In this document: positions 1-18,275 of the stretch, piece after piece
How positions within the stretch are numbered: position 1 is the first letter of the stretch
Layout of the letters: every line of letters begins with the position of its first letter
Assembly (NCBI GenBank): GCA_002269645.1
Contig: NIVC01001581.1
Coordinates: 1 to 64,000, forward strand
DNA: 64,000 bases
Source of the DNA: Macrostomum lignano
Taxonomy: Eukaryota
Direction of reading: 5' to 3'
Translations under genes and position numbers: made by a program
The notes under the pieces: generated by a model
What the model was told of the DNA's origin: nothing
What the model saw: the letters and a program-made list of their open reading frames with translations, nothing else
Databases searched by the model: none

Positions 1-777
1 GTTTGTCAAAAGAAAAAGTTGTATTAATTTTTTTCAGAATAAAAAACTTCTTAGAGATTGGTTGGTTGGCACAGTCGTGGGGAGTTCGATGGATGTTGTT
101 GCGCGCCATCTAAAAAGGGAGGTCAGCTCTGTAGAGACGAGATCACAAATAAGTAGAAAAATAATTAAGGCTCAGCAGAAACATCTGTTAGCGCAGTTAT
201 AGTTATTGAAATGATAACACAAAAAAGGTTGTTGTTACTGCGAAAAAGCAACAAAAAATTAAGCAATTACAACATTGAAATTATTTCACACAGCAATTGA
301 ACTGTACAGTTTTGATTAAATATTCTCGCACAGATTTTTAATAAGGCAGATACAGAGAGAATATCTAAATGTGCTATAACCCGGGGCATATAGAATTATT
401 TGTTGCATTGTATTATAGACACTAGAGTACAGTCTGCAGTTTTTTTTAAAGCAAATAATATCATCCACCCACTGCAAAATGGCTAAGCTAAATTATATTC
501 CAATAACTCTTGTTGACAGAAACTATAAACCATTTCCTATTCAATAAGTTATTATCTATAAACAAAAATAAGCAATGCAAAAACAGCCAAAGAAGCGCAA
601 AGCAACTACGAGGCAAGAGCCAAACTAAAAAATAAGGAGAAAATGACAACACTTATAGTTTTATAATTATTTTTAGAGGCAAAAGAACTATTAACATTAG
701 TTGGCAATATAGCGACACATTCGTAACATTTTTGTTTTCAGATTTGAATAGTTTAAAAATATATTGCTTTTTAAATA

Positions 778-1045
778 TGGCTGGTCAATAAGAATCAAGA
801 TTGGGGCAGGGAGTAACTATAACTGACCAATAAGAATCGAGATCTGGGCTAGGGGAGCAGCGTGGTTGGCTGGCCAATAGGAATCGATATCTGGGCTAGG
901 GGAGCAGCGTGGTTGGCTGGCCAATAGGAATCTAGATCTGGGTTAGGGGAGAGGGGTGACTGGCTGGCCAATAGGAATCGAGATCTGGGGTAGGGGAGAG
1001 GGGTGACTGGCTGGCCAATAGGAATCGAGATCTGGGGTAGGGGGC
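778..1045. repeat. ~46-bp tandem repeat, each unit containing CCAAT
   Basis: Units GGCTGGCCAATAGGAATCGAGATCTGGGGTAGGGGAG..., about 5-6 copies. Confidence 0.85.
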
Positions 1046-1323
1046 ACGGGAACCAGATCCAGAAAAGGAACAGAGGCGGCTAACCAAATAACAGACAGAC
1101 CAGCAAAAACCATTTAAAAGTAGACTTTACTGGAAGACCAGTTAGTACAATTCAAATTGCTTCAGCCGCTTAACAATGCCAAAAAATGATGACAGACTAA
1201 TCGTCGACATACATACACCGCCGATGCACATAGACAAACAAAAATTGAAACTTTTAGTGTTAAAAACGTTAAAACTTCGACCAATTTAGTCCACGCGTCT
1301 TCGCTATCTATAACGTTGTTAAT

Positions 1324-1697
<374 letters not shown>

Positions 1698-1867
1698 TTA
1701 AAGTTGATTTGACTGTTTAGAGGAAGATTTTAAATTTAGTTTCAGTTGTGATCAATACAGCCGGGAAGCCCTTATTGCTGAAATGGGGGGTGTATTGGAT
1801 AACAAAACAGTACACATCCTTCTGTCATGAGCAGAATCTAATAGAATAATAAAAAATAAAAAATACT

Positions 1868-2140
1868 TAATTACACCTGCCCAATTGCAAATGTGCAACA
1901 GACAGCTCAGCAGGAGCTATTGCACATCAGAATTTGAAGGCTGCATATGGCTGTTCAGTCCAAGGCCTGGGGGTCGCCACCACAAACCCTTAATTACGAG
2001 TATCCCAGCTAATGCTGGCACCCATTTTATAGCTGGGTGAACTGAAGCAATGCAGAGTTAAGTGTCTTGCTCAAAGACACAAACTACTATAAGTAGGTCA
2101 AGAGTTGAATCCCTAAACTTTTGAAGCTAGGCTACAACCC
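1868..2140 (-). mobile_element. SINE family 1 copy (older) upstream of SMIM14
   Basis: Reverse complement matches the core and 3' region; head degenerate. Confidence 0.8.
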
Positions 2141-2746
2141 ATTTTAGACTACAACCCAAATGCTAAAAGTATAAACATGAGTCTAAAATCAGGATGTGAA
2201 ATTGAAAAACAATTGCCAGCTGGCATCAGTCATAAAGTTAAAAAAAAACAATCATCTTTATTTTACCCTCTATGGCTTGCCAGTATCTATCTATATGTGA
2301 TTGACTTAATAAAAATGGCTCAACCAATTTTCATGAAACTTATACCATTTGATCAGAAATTTTCCTATAATAGTACATTTTTTATAGCCACAATACAAAA
2401 AGGACAAATCCCAGGTCTGACAATAACCCAAGGATTTTGAAACCACTGAATTCCAATTCCAGGAACTATTTTTGCATAGATTCTTAAATTTGAAATTGTG
2501 CTCAAACAAAAAATTGTTAATAGTTAGCAAAAAGGCAAACAAAAAATTGGAGTAAATGCATGTTAAATTAAGATTTGAGGCCTTTGAAACTTATTTCCTC
2601 TCCTCAATCTTCTTGTCCATTTCCTCTTTTTCTTTTTTCTCATCTCTTATCCTTCCTCTCTCTTCTTCTTTTTTCTTTCCTCTCTCTACTCTATACTATT
2701 ATCTCTCCTATCATCTTTCTCCATTCTACTCTTAAATAGTGTTCCG

Positions 2747-3349
2747 CCGTAGCCATAGCTACGGCTACAGGATCCTACGGCAAATATGGTAAAATAGGTG
2801 CCTATGGCAGTTATGGATACACCTACGGTAGCTAGCTGCTCTTATGGCTACAACTATGGAAATATGGTAGTTGCTGTCACATTCTGTAGATTGCCGTAGC
2901 CGTAGTTATTAATGTTAAAAAAAAAAAAAAAAATTAGAAACAGGTAGAGTAAAACAAAGATACTTTCAGTAAACTGTATTATCAACCTAGAAACTTAAAA
3001 AATATACCTAAAAAGTACAATAAAACACTAGCAAACTCTGATTTTTATTAATGTGAAAAAGTTTAGCATTAGTACTTTCAGTAACGATTAAGTACTGTTG
3101 CTCTGAAAAAAAGATGAAATATAATCTTACAAAGGCAATTGAGTGTTTCTTTTATTTTCTAATTTAATTTGCAGTTGTTTTAGCACTAGGTTATCATATT
3201 GATTCAAAATATTCTATGTTTTAGACTTTTGTTAAAAGTAGGGCTACAGCTATGGGAACTATGGGAATATGGTAATTTTGGGGTCCCCACGGCTACGGAA
3301 TATGGAGAATTGGAATAAGCCATAGTTTTGCTTTTGGCTATGGCTACGG
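2747..3349. mobile_element. Possible old MITE with TIR CCGTAGCCATAGC and many CTACGG/CTATGG subterminal motifs
   Basis: 13-bp inverted ends; no TSD confirmed. Confidence 0.4.
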
Positions 3350-3984
3350 TACATGGACCCTCCTTATGGTGGAACACTACTCTTCAATCTTATTTCTCTT
3401 CTCTAATCTATCATCTTTCCTCTTTTCTCTTATATCCTCTTTATTCTCTCTTCTCTTATCTACTCTCTCTTTTCCTTTCTCCTCTTCTTTATGCTCTTTT
3501 GTGTCTCCTCTCTTTTCTTTTCTGATCTAGTCTATCACCTCCTCTCTCTTCTTATCTCTTCTTTTCTCTCATCTCTCTCCTTGTTTAGTTTTTTTCTACT
3601 CTTCTATCTTTTCTTTCAATGCATTTCTTGCCTTTCCTCTGTTGGTTCATATCTAATTTAAAATTAATCAACTATTCTCCTTTAAAATGAGAAAATTACT
3701 TCAAAATTACTGCTAAACTGAATCAAGTTATTGAATTGCTAATCTAGAAATGCCAGAAAAAAATGCTAGAAAAATAATAACATTAGAAAAATATAGAAAA
3801 AATAAAGCAGGAAACGAAAAAGCCAAACCAAATGATTGACCAATTCCAATTTAATATATCTTTAAGGCTTAAAAACTTTTATAATAGACAAAATAATAAA
3901 ACTGACAGATAACCAGATTTTTCATAAATATGAATAGACAAAAAGGTGGCTTCAAAATGTAACAAATGAAATCAGTAATAAATA

Positions 3985-4283
3985 CATACATGCGCAACAG
4001 TCGGCCGAGTCGGCCGATCCAGCCAACCGATTTGGCGGCCAACCAAGAAAGTCGCAAAAATGCCCACCCGAAAAAATAATCAAGTAGTAGTACTAAGTAG
4101 CTGACGAGGCATTTTGGCTTAATAGGACAGTCATAGTTACTTCTGCCGTTTACCCAAAGTTGCGTTAATTTTGCTTTAGGGTTTTTTTTACATGTAAGTC
4201 GCATTTTTGGCCAAAAACTACGTCGCATTTTTGTTAAAACTAAGTCGCATGGCCGACCGAATTTCAGAGGTTGCGCATGTATG
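3985..4283. mobile_element. hAT-type MITE family 1 (TIR CATACATGCGCAAC), copy A, carrying the 28S rRNA-derived cassette (4092-4155, minus)
   Basis: Perfect 14-bp TIRs, perfect 8-bp TSD AATAAATA (3977-84, 4284-91), repeated AAGTCGCA subterminal motifs. Confidence 0.9.
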
Positions 4284-4944
4284 AATAAATATAAGTAATA
4301 GCTTTAAAAATTTAGTTATTTCAATATAGATTAAAGATATAGGCTATTTACCTAAAGTATCTCAGGTAAGTAAGGAAAAAAAGGCCTAACACAATTGATT
4401 TAAATAGTTATATGAGAATATTTCAAAATTTATATTTCTGGTGCTGTTTTCTATTCTATAGAATTTGTTTCTAGCAAAAAATGAGAAATTTATAATTTAG
4501 GAAATAGCATTTAAAAACAAAAATTCTCTGAAGAAATGTAGAAGGGCCTATGTTTATTCCTAGAAAATTAGTATGTTTCCGCGAAATTAAATTCCCGCCA
4601 AAATAACAAGTACTGTATGATTTGTTTTAATTCGTAAATTTGTTTTACTGAATAATATTTTGTTTTAATGATGCGAATAATTTGTTTTAGCTATTCATTT
4701 GTTTTAATGTTAGATACATAAGCCAATGAAACAAGACTCTAACTAGTATAAATACAAGGCCAAAATAAAACGAAACCTCGAACTCGACCTCGACCTTTCG
4801 GGTTCCTAACTCAGTTAACAGGAAATTAAGATTTCTTGGTTCTTCTGAATTAGTCATTTGAAGCAGTATTGCAGACTAAGTTACCGTGTTGGATAGCAAG
4901 AGTGTTTTGCTAGTACAGTGATAGGCAGGGATTGCCAGTAAAGA

Positions 4945-5030
4945 GGATGGAATACCCAGTGTAAAGGGTGGAATACCCAGTAAGAAGGGTGGAATACCCA
5001 GTAAAAAGGGTGGAAATACCCAGTGAAGAA
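4945..5030. repeat. Short ~21-bp tandem repeat
   Basis: GGGTGGAATACCCAGTAA repeated about 4 times. Confidence 0.75.
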
Positions 5031-7559
5031 AGTAAATAGTCCAGGCTGTTGCAGCTAAGCGTGATGCAGCTCTAAGTCGTGAGAGACAGTAATAAAGGAA
5101 GCCGGAAACCCCTCGATCTGAGGTAAATGCCGTGTTTGGACTATAGAATACGAGTTTAGCAGTAGTTAGCAGTGTCTTGCCACTCGGGCACTGAAGCTAC
5201 CAGGGGTAATTCGTAGCAACGATAGCCCATAAAGTATAAAAGTACATGTAAGTGTAAGAATTAAATTCTAGGAAAATAGTAAAAATCCAGTGTAGTTTAG
5301 TGCAACTAGGTAAGAAATTATAAGGCCTATAGCAACTTGGTAATATCTAGTAGAATTAGGGAAGATAGAGGTAACAGGCCTGCTACAACTTGGTGACAAA
5401 ACGGTGGGATTTTGAATAGGCAGAAGGATCCCCTGCAACAACTTGGTGTCAACAGTGGGATATTTTAAATAAGTAAAAGGGCGCTGCAACAGAAATATGA
5501 GGCTACATGATATTTTAGCAAAGTAATATTTTGGCAAATCACAAAAAAATGTTTAGGCAAAGTATTGTAATATTCCAATTAATTAAAAAAATAATATAGG
5601 CTAGACTATACAAAAGAATGATCTCTTGATTACAATATTTTTAATAACCTTTCCCATAAAATTAAGGACCTACAAAAGACAGAATAATTTAGTCAATCTG
5701 TCTTCAAATGCAGAAACAATGCAGAATTCAAATAAATACACTGCACTATTTTTTTGGCTTGAAGCATGCAAATTTGAACTTAGGCCTTAGTAGCTGCAGT
5801 ATTGGCATATAGCTATCTATTTTGAAAATAGCCCCCATTTCAAAAGTAGCAAAAAGGAAACAAAAAGAGTTAAAATAAAAAAGGAAACAGCTCACTCTTA
5901 GGGCCTAGAAATAAAAAAGTAGGCCTAATGATAAAGACAAAGTAACAAAGCAGCAAAATTAACAAATACTATAGAAACAAAATTGAAGAATACAATTGAA
6001 ATTAAAAAAGATCTCAAAAACAGAATGTGCCAAAACATTACTAGTGGAAACGAAACTTCGCCAAAACGTCTCATAGCTAAATGTGAGACTATTTATTTAC
6101 TAGGCCCTATCAGTCTATCACTTCTTGACTTTACATTACAATAAATTATATCAGGCTAGGGGCCTGACAAAGCCGGCTAAAATTACAATCTAATGAAGCA
6201 ATAAAATATATAACATATAACATCTACTGCCAAAGTACAAAAGGTTCCTGGCTTGATGAAACATCACACACATTAAATAACTTACTTCTAATGGACGATC
6301 GCAGTTTTAAGCGAAAATATAACTCAATACAGCTATTTACAAGAAACTTAACTGTTCAAATTTGTGTTTCAAACGTCAACAAGAAAATATTCTTTATTCA
6401 TAATAACTTTTAATATTTGATTAATTTATACTTAAAAAAGTAAACAATAAAGCAAATTTTAGCCTACTATCAATCATAAACTTAAAGTTGTTAGACACAT
6501 ATTGTTTAAGCTGTTATCAGCAACCTCAAAAAGCTGACTAAACTTGCCTATTTTCAATTTACCCGAAACAAGCTTAAACTATAGATTGAATCGATGACGA
6601 TAGCTGACATTTGTGCTCTTTCTAAAAGTTCTTGTCAAGTAAAGCAAGCTAGTGAGCTCTCAAGTTTATATTTACATTGCGCATATTGTTGCGCATTATT
6701 TACAAATGTTTAAATCAATTTCAACTTAACGCGTGCTCGCATGTAATTAACTTAACTTTATCAGCATCAGCAATAATTAATAAACTTCGCATTGGTTTAA
6801 GGAAAATATCATTTATATTAATCCTAAGTTAGTACATGTTGTTTGTACTGAAAACTTAAGAAATTAGCTAAGTTTTTTATAGTTAAATTGAATTGTAATC
6901 ACTTGGTCTAATATATTCATCTGGGACATCTGGCAATTTCTAAAATTGTGTAGATTCTTCAAGATGTAAGTTTTTATTACATTTTGCTTGGTATTTTTGT
7001 CTTTTGAAGTTTTAAAATTTGTGATATTTATTCTTATTAGAAAGATTTTGTGTTTATATAGTAGAGTATGCACTTTGAAATTGCACATCAAAATTGAAAA
7101 TTTTGAGTATAGTTTAGGTAGGGTCTCATAACTACTGATTTTCCTTTTATAAGGCTTAAGCATTATTTAATAGGCCTAAGAGAAATTACATTTTGAAACC
7201 TAAATTGTAGCTTAAAATTAGGCATAAGATACAATTTCCAAAATTTTATACCTTGTCTCTTGTAAAAATAAACCTAATTGACAAAGGAATGTCTAGAGGA
7301 GTGTCTAGAAGATCAATCAAAGGAATGTCCATAATAGGGAGCAATAACAACTAAAGGGCAATATCTTAAACTTAAATTTTCATTGAAAAATATTTTAAAA
7401 ATGATTTTTAACTCTTTGTTAAGTTGTTTTTTTGTAATTTAAAGGTTTTTAAATAGAAAGCTAAATAAACTTTAACATGAATACATTTAATTGCTTATTT
7501 ATTTTATTTAGCAGATCTCTATCAAAAAACTTTTGGTTATTTAGATTCAAAATATTTGA

Positions 7560-8330
7560 TATATTTATTTTTGTATTATTATAAGAAAAGAGAAAAAGTA
7601 AAGAAAAGAAAAGAGAGAAAAAATAATAGAAGAAAGGAAAGAGGAAAAATAAAAGAAAAGAAAAGTGAAATTGGAAATATGAAAGGAAAACAGATGAGAG
7701 AATAAAGAAGAGAGATGTTAGAGTAGAAAGAATAGAAAAAAGAAGAAAGACAGGCAAAAAGAGAGAAGAGAGGGGAAAGATTATAGAGATGAGAGGAAAG
7801 AGAAAAATTGTGAGAGTAGAAAAGATAGACAATGGGAGAAAGCAGTAGAGTAAGGAGAAGAAATAAAAGGGAGAATTGAGAGGACAAGAAAAAGTAAAAA
7901 GAAAGAGAAAAGAAGAAAAGAGAGAAAGTTGAGTAAAGTTGGAAAAATTGAGAGGAGAATACAGCTTAGAGATAAGAGAGAAAAGATGAGACAGGAAAAA
8001 ATAGATAGAAAAAGATTGAGATAAAAAAGAGAAAGTATAGAGATAATAGGAAAAATAAGAAATGAGAGCATAGAAATAGAAAAGAGAGAAGAGAGAAGTG
8101 TTGTGAGAGGAGAATGAAGAGTGAAAAGTGGGGAGAGAAGAAAGTAAAAAGCAAAGGAAAATAAAAAGAGAAGAGAAAGTGGAGAAAAAAGAAAGTAGAG
8201 AACAAAAATTAGAAAGGTGAAAGAAGAGACAAAAGAAGAGGAGAGAGAAAACAAGAAATAGGATTAGGAAAAAAGAGAAGAGAGAGAGAGAGAAAGAGGG
8301 AGAAACAGAAAAGAAGATAAGTTTCTAAGG
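7560..8330. repeat. GA-rich low-complexity tract
   Basis: Almost purely A/G; source of the spurious Phe/Leu/Ser ORFs on the minus strand. Confidence 0.85.
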
Positions 8331-8877
8331 ATCTATCATAGAAAGAAGCAGAGACAAGAGGTCAGAGTTTGCTAATATATGTTTTCAAAAAACATTGCCT
8401 GATATTCTGTGCAATATCCCAGCTAATGAGATCAGTGCTTACTTAAAATATTATTTTTGGACAATTTTTTTCATTTTATTTTTATGTCTATCTTAACTAT
8501 TAACAAGTCTTTTGTTTGAATATGATTTCAGATTTTGAATACATACAGAAATTGTTCCTGGGGACCTGGGATTAGAATTCCACAGGTTCAAAATCTGTGG
8601 GTTTCAATGGCTTGTGCTTGTACAGAAACTAGTTTGTTTCTAGAATTAAAACTCTAAAAAAGGAAAATAATGTTTCAAAATATTTCTTTGGAAACTCCAA
8701 AGTAAAAATACTAAAAGTAGGAGGCCATATAGGAACCTGTGGCCTAACAGGGAACAGGGGGGGGGGGCTTAGCCTTTCTCCCTCCCTAGGGCCCATTAGA
8801 CACCATTCCCAATTGGTTCTAACTAATTTGGTAACAGAGATTGACATGCCATAGTCAAGAAGGTGTCTAGTATACAC

Positions 8878-9156
8878 CCTGATTGCAGCGCATGGGCATT
8901 TTGGCGGACGGCGTCCGGCGCGGATCTAATACAGCGCGGCGCGGCGCGTACGACGAGCAGCGATTAGTACGGCGCGGCGCGGTACTAATTAGATGCCGAG
9001 GCATTTACGCTTGATAAGACAGTCATAGTTACTCCTGCCGTTTACCCAAAACTGCGTTAATTTTGCTTTAGGGTTTCTTTCACAGGTAAGTCATTTCACA
9101 GCGTGGCGCAGGTTGTGTAGGCGTCTGGCGTACTTAAGCCATGCGCTGCAATAGGG
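8878..9156. mobile_element. hAT-type MITE family 2 (TIR CCYKATTGCAGCGCATGG), copy D; 28S cassette 8984-9047, minus
   Basis: 18-bp near-perfect TIRs, perfect 8-bp TSD GTATACAC (8870-77, 9157-64), CGGCGCG subterminal repeats. Confidence 0.9.
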
Positions 9157-10221
9157 GTATACACTAGAGTTTTCTATCCCAAGTATGTCAAAAAATTGGA
9201 AATGTACATAAAAAATTCTATACAAAATGTGCAACCTCGGTTCTTATAATAATGGACCTTTTTTGTTGCAACAATAAAAATTCTTTTTTGCATTGCAACA
9301 TTTGGTAGTTTGCATATGCAATATAACAAAATGAATATTATGTCTATTTCGCATTTATGACAACTTGCCATTGCAGAAAATTTTGATACCTTATTTCTTT
9401 AGAATAATATTATTGCATTTAATTAAGATTTTTGTATTTTGTTGGCACTCCCTTTATCTCTTAACCACAACCTTTTTTCCAAAATATACTATTTTTTACC
9501 AAAATACCAAATAAAGCTAAGTAAATTTTAGGCAAATATTTCTAATAAAGCTAGCATTTTTCTTTGCTATGGGCATTTGACATTTGATATATTAATATGC
9601 TAGGTAGTTATTCAAATACAAAACATTGTTTTTTATAATAAATGTCAATTCAATTATTAATTTAATATTCTTATAGTTATGAAGCCCAATTTTGATAATC
9701 TGAGTTCCTCCAACTAGCTTTAGCTTTAGGTTAGTTAGAACCCTATAAGGCTTCAATTTATATGTATTAAGGATCTTCTTAGTTCAATATTCCTGTCTTA
9801 AAACTACTTGTAATTTAAACTACAGATACTAGAATACCCCTAGAGATTGACCACTATAGTTTATACTCAGCAAAACAGCTTTCTACTTTCAGTTCAATAG
9901 CAATGAAAAATACATAAGCTATTTTATATGAATAAAGGCAGCTGACTTTGATAAGTTTAGAATCATAAGCTTGCAAGTGTAAACAACTTGCCATAATGTA
10001 CATAAGCCACTGACATGAACATGGTAGATTTAGGCTGGAATGACTGATAAATTAATCAAAAACTATAGATACAGATGTCTATAACACTAGAGAAATTAGA
10101 AGAGGCATTTAGAAAAAAAATTAATTGGCTGTCCCACTTACAAGTTACATATTCAACTAGTTCTATAAATCTTTATATGCAAATCTGTTAGATTTCTGAG
10201 TTTTGCTGTTGAACCTATATC

Positions 10222-10432
10222 CATACATGCGCAACCCCCTGATCTACACTGGCCATGCAACTTACTTTTTTTACCAAAAATGCAACTTACCTGTGAAAGA
10301 AACCCTAGAGCAACATTAATACAATTTGGGAAAACGGCAGGAGTAACTATGACTCTCTTATAATTTTTGCGACTTACCCCTGGTCCACCACAATTTACGG
10401 TGGCCAGATTGGCCAGCAGTTGCGCATGTATG
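10222..10432. mobile_element. hAT-type MITE family 1, copy B, internally deleted; 28S cassette half (10328-10360, plus)
   Basis: Perfect 14-bp TIRs and perfect 8-bp TSD CCTATATC (10214-21, 10433-40). Confidence 0.9.
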
Positions 10433-10661
10433 CCTATATCTATCTCACAACTTATTTACTTTTTAAAAACAAGGTATATATTTGTTAGCTTAGTCACTAA
10501 GGCAAAAAATAGATATTTGCCATTTAAAGAATATATTACATAAAATTGTAATTTATGAGTTTATGATTTGTCAGTTCCAATAAATATTGTAATGATCTAA
10601 GTTTAGTTTCATAGTGAAAAGTTTCAATAAGTAAGTATTAATAAGGTTGATTTTTGAGTAT

Positions 10662-16288
<5,627 letters not shown>

Positions 16289-17482
16289 ACTGTGCTTGCT
16301 GACTGTGCAAACAGTTTCTTTATAGAATGACAACAACTGGATATTTATATATGCATACAGGTCTTTTGAGAGATCAATTTGATAATTTATGCTTATACAT
16401 ATGCCTGTCTATTTGTTTATTTTGTAACATAAGCACTTCCGCGCGCGCGCTGCTTTGTTTAAATTGAATTAAATTAACTAATTTAATCTAACAGCAACAA
16501 TAAAAATAATTTGTTCTTAGAATGCATCTGGAACGTGTAAACTAGAAGCTGCAGTAGTCTTGTACATTAATTTCCACACACACATTTCGCTTTAGTTTTT
16601 TATTACCAATATAATTGATATGTACCATGTTTTTATAATATGCTTATTTATTTGCTTTTTAATTTAACTCAAACGTTCAACTCTTGCTGCTCTCTTCTCC
16701 CACCTCTATTTGTATGCGTGTTCCTTTGAACACGTGTTGTTCCGCCTAAATCTCGGTCTGCTAATCTGCTTTTGTTTTAAAGTTTTTTATGCTATACGCA
16801 ATTTAGTTTATTGTGTGCTACGCTGGAGAAATGCAAAACTGCCCGAATTCAGAATTACTCTTTGTTCGACTATTCGCAATCCTTGTTTTTTAATTTTATA
16901 TTTATACTACTTATCATTTTACAATGTAAGTAGTTTATTCGGTTGAAAATGAAATTTCCTTTTAAATTCTGAATTTTGCACATTGCCGGCATGTCTGTAC
17001 ATTGTCGCCTATTCTACTCAATAAAAGTACGCTTTGTCCTTTTACTTCATAAGCGGTCACCCTTCCGTGTTTTCTTAGAAAACCACTTTCTGTTACTTGG
17101 ATCAAATTATATTAAAAGTCTTTACCGGGTTGGCATGGTAGCCAATTTCTTTTTTTGCTGAAATTTCCTAACTTGTCCAGCGGAGTTTTATTATCCTTAT
17201 ATTCTTTTACCCAAACCCCACTACAGTTGGCGTTCTACGGCGGGCGGATTCCTTGCATGCTTTCTATCTATTGTCAATTTTGCTTTTATCGTCGCAAGAA
17301 TGCTTTTTATTCTTCTTTTCTTGCTAACTTTCGATTCAATTAGCCGTTAGAATTTAACCCATTAATGGGCTTTCCTTTGTCCGAATTGCTCGTTTTGCAC
17401 GAAATTGCTGGCCCGCTTAATATGTTGCTACTATTGCTTGTGCTAGGTCGATTTTGGCTTAACAGGAAATTAACTGGGATAT

Positions 17483-18275
17483 CTGTTGATGTACATCTGC
17501 CCCATTATCGATCGGCACCAACCCCAGCCTATCCAATGTACATCTGCCACATTATCGATCGGCTCGGCTCCCACCCCAGCCTACCCAATGTACATCTGCC
17601 CCATTATCGATCGACACCAACCCCAGCCTATCCAATGTACATCTGCCACATTATCGATCGGCTAGGCTCCCACCCCAGCCTACCCAATGTACATCTGCCC
17701 CATTATCGATCGACACCAACCCCAGCCTATCCAATGTACATCTGCCACATTATCGATCGGCTCGGCTCCCACCCCAGCCTACCCAATGTACATCTGCCCC
17801 ATTATCGATCGGCACCAACCCCAGCCTATCCAATGTACATCTGCCACATTATCGATCGGCTCGGCTTCCACCCCAGCCTACCCAATGTACATCTGCCCCA
17901 TTATCGATCGGCACCAACCCCAGCCTATCCAATGTACATCTGCCACATTATCGATCGGCTCGGCCCCCTCCCCAGCCTACCCAATGTTAGATCCCCATTA
18001 TCGATTGGCTCCCACCCCAGCCTTCCCAATATACATCTGCCACATTATCGATCGGCACCAACCCCAGCCTCCCCAATGTACAACTACCCTATTATCGATC
18101 GGCTCCCATACCAGCCTCCCCAATGTACATCTGCCACATTATCGATCGGCACCACCCCCAGCCTCCCCAATGTACATCTACCCCATTATCGATTGGCTCC
18201 CATACCAGCCTCCCCAATGTACATCTGCCACATTATCGATCGGCACCACCCCCAGCCTCCCCAATGTACATCTGC
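17483..18275. repeat. Minisatellite with alternating 47- and 52-bp monomers (99-bp higher-order unit)
   Basis: GTACATCTGCCCCATTATCGATCGGCACCAACCCCAGCCTATCCAAT alternates with GTACATCTGCCACATTATCGATCGGCTCGGCTCCCACCCCAGCCTACCCAAT. Confidence 0.92.

Noticed and set aside
800-825. GGCAGGGAGTAACTATAAC resembling the 28S cassette
   Set aside because: Too short, and lies in a degenerate unit of the 46-bp tandem repeat; may be chance.
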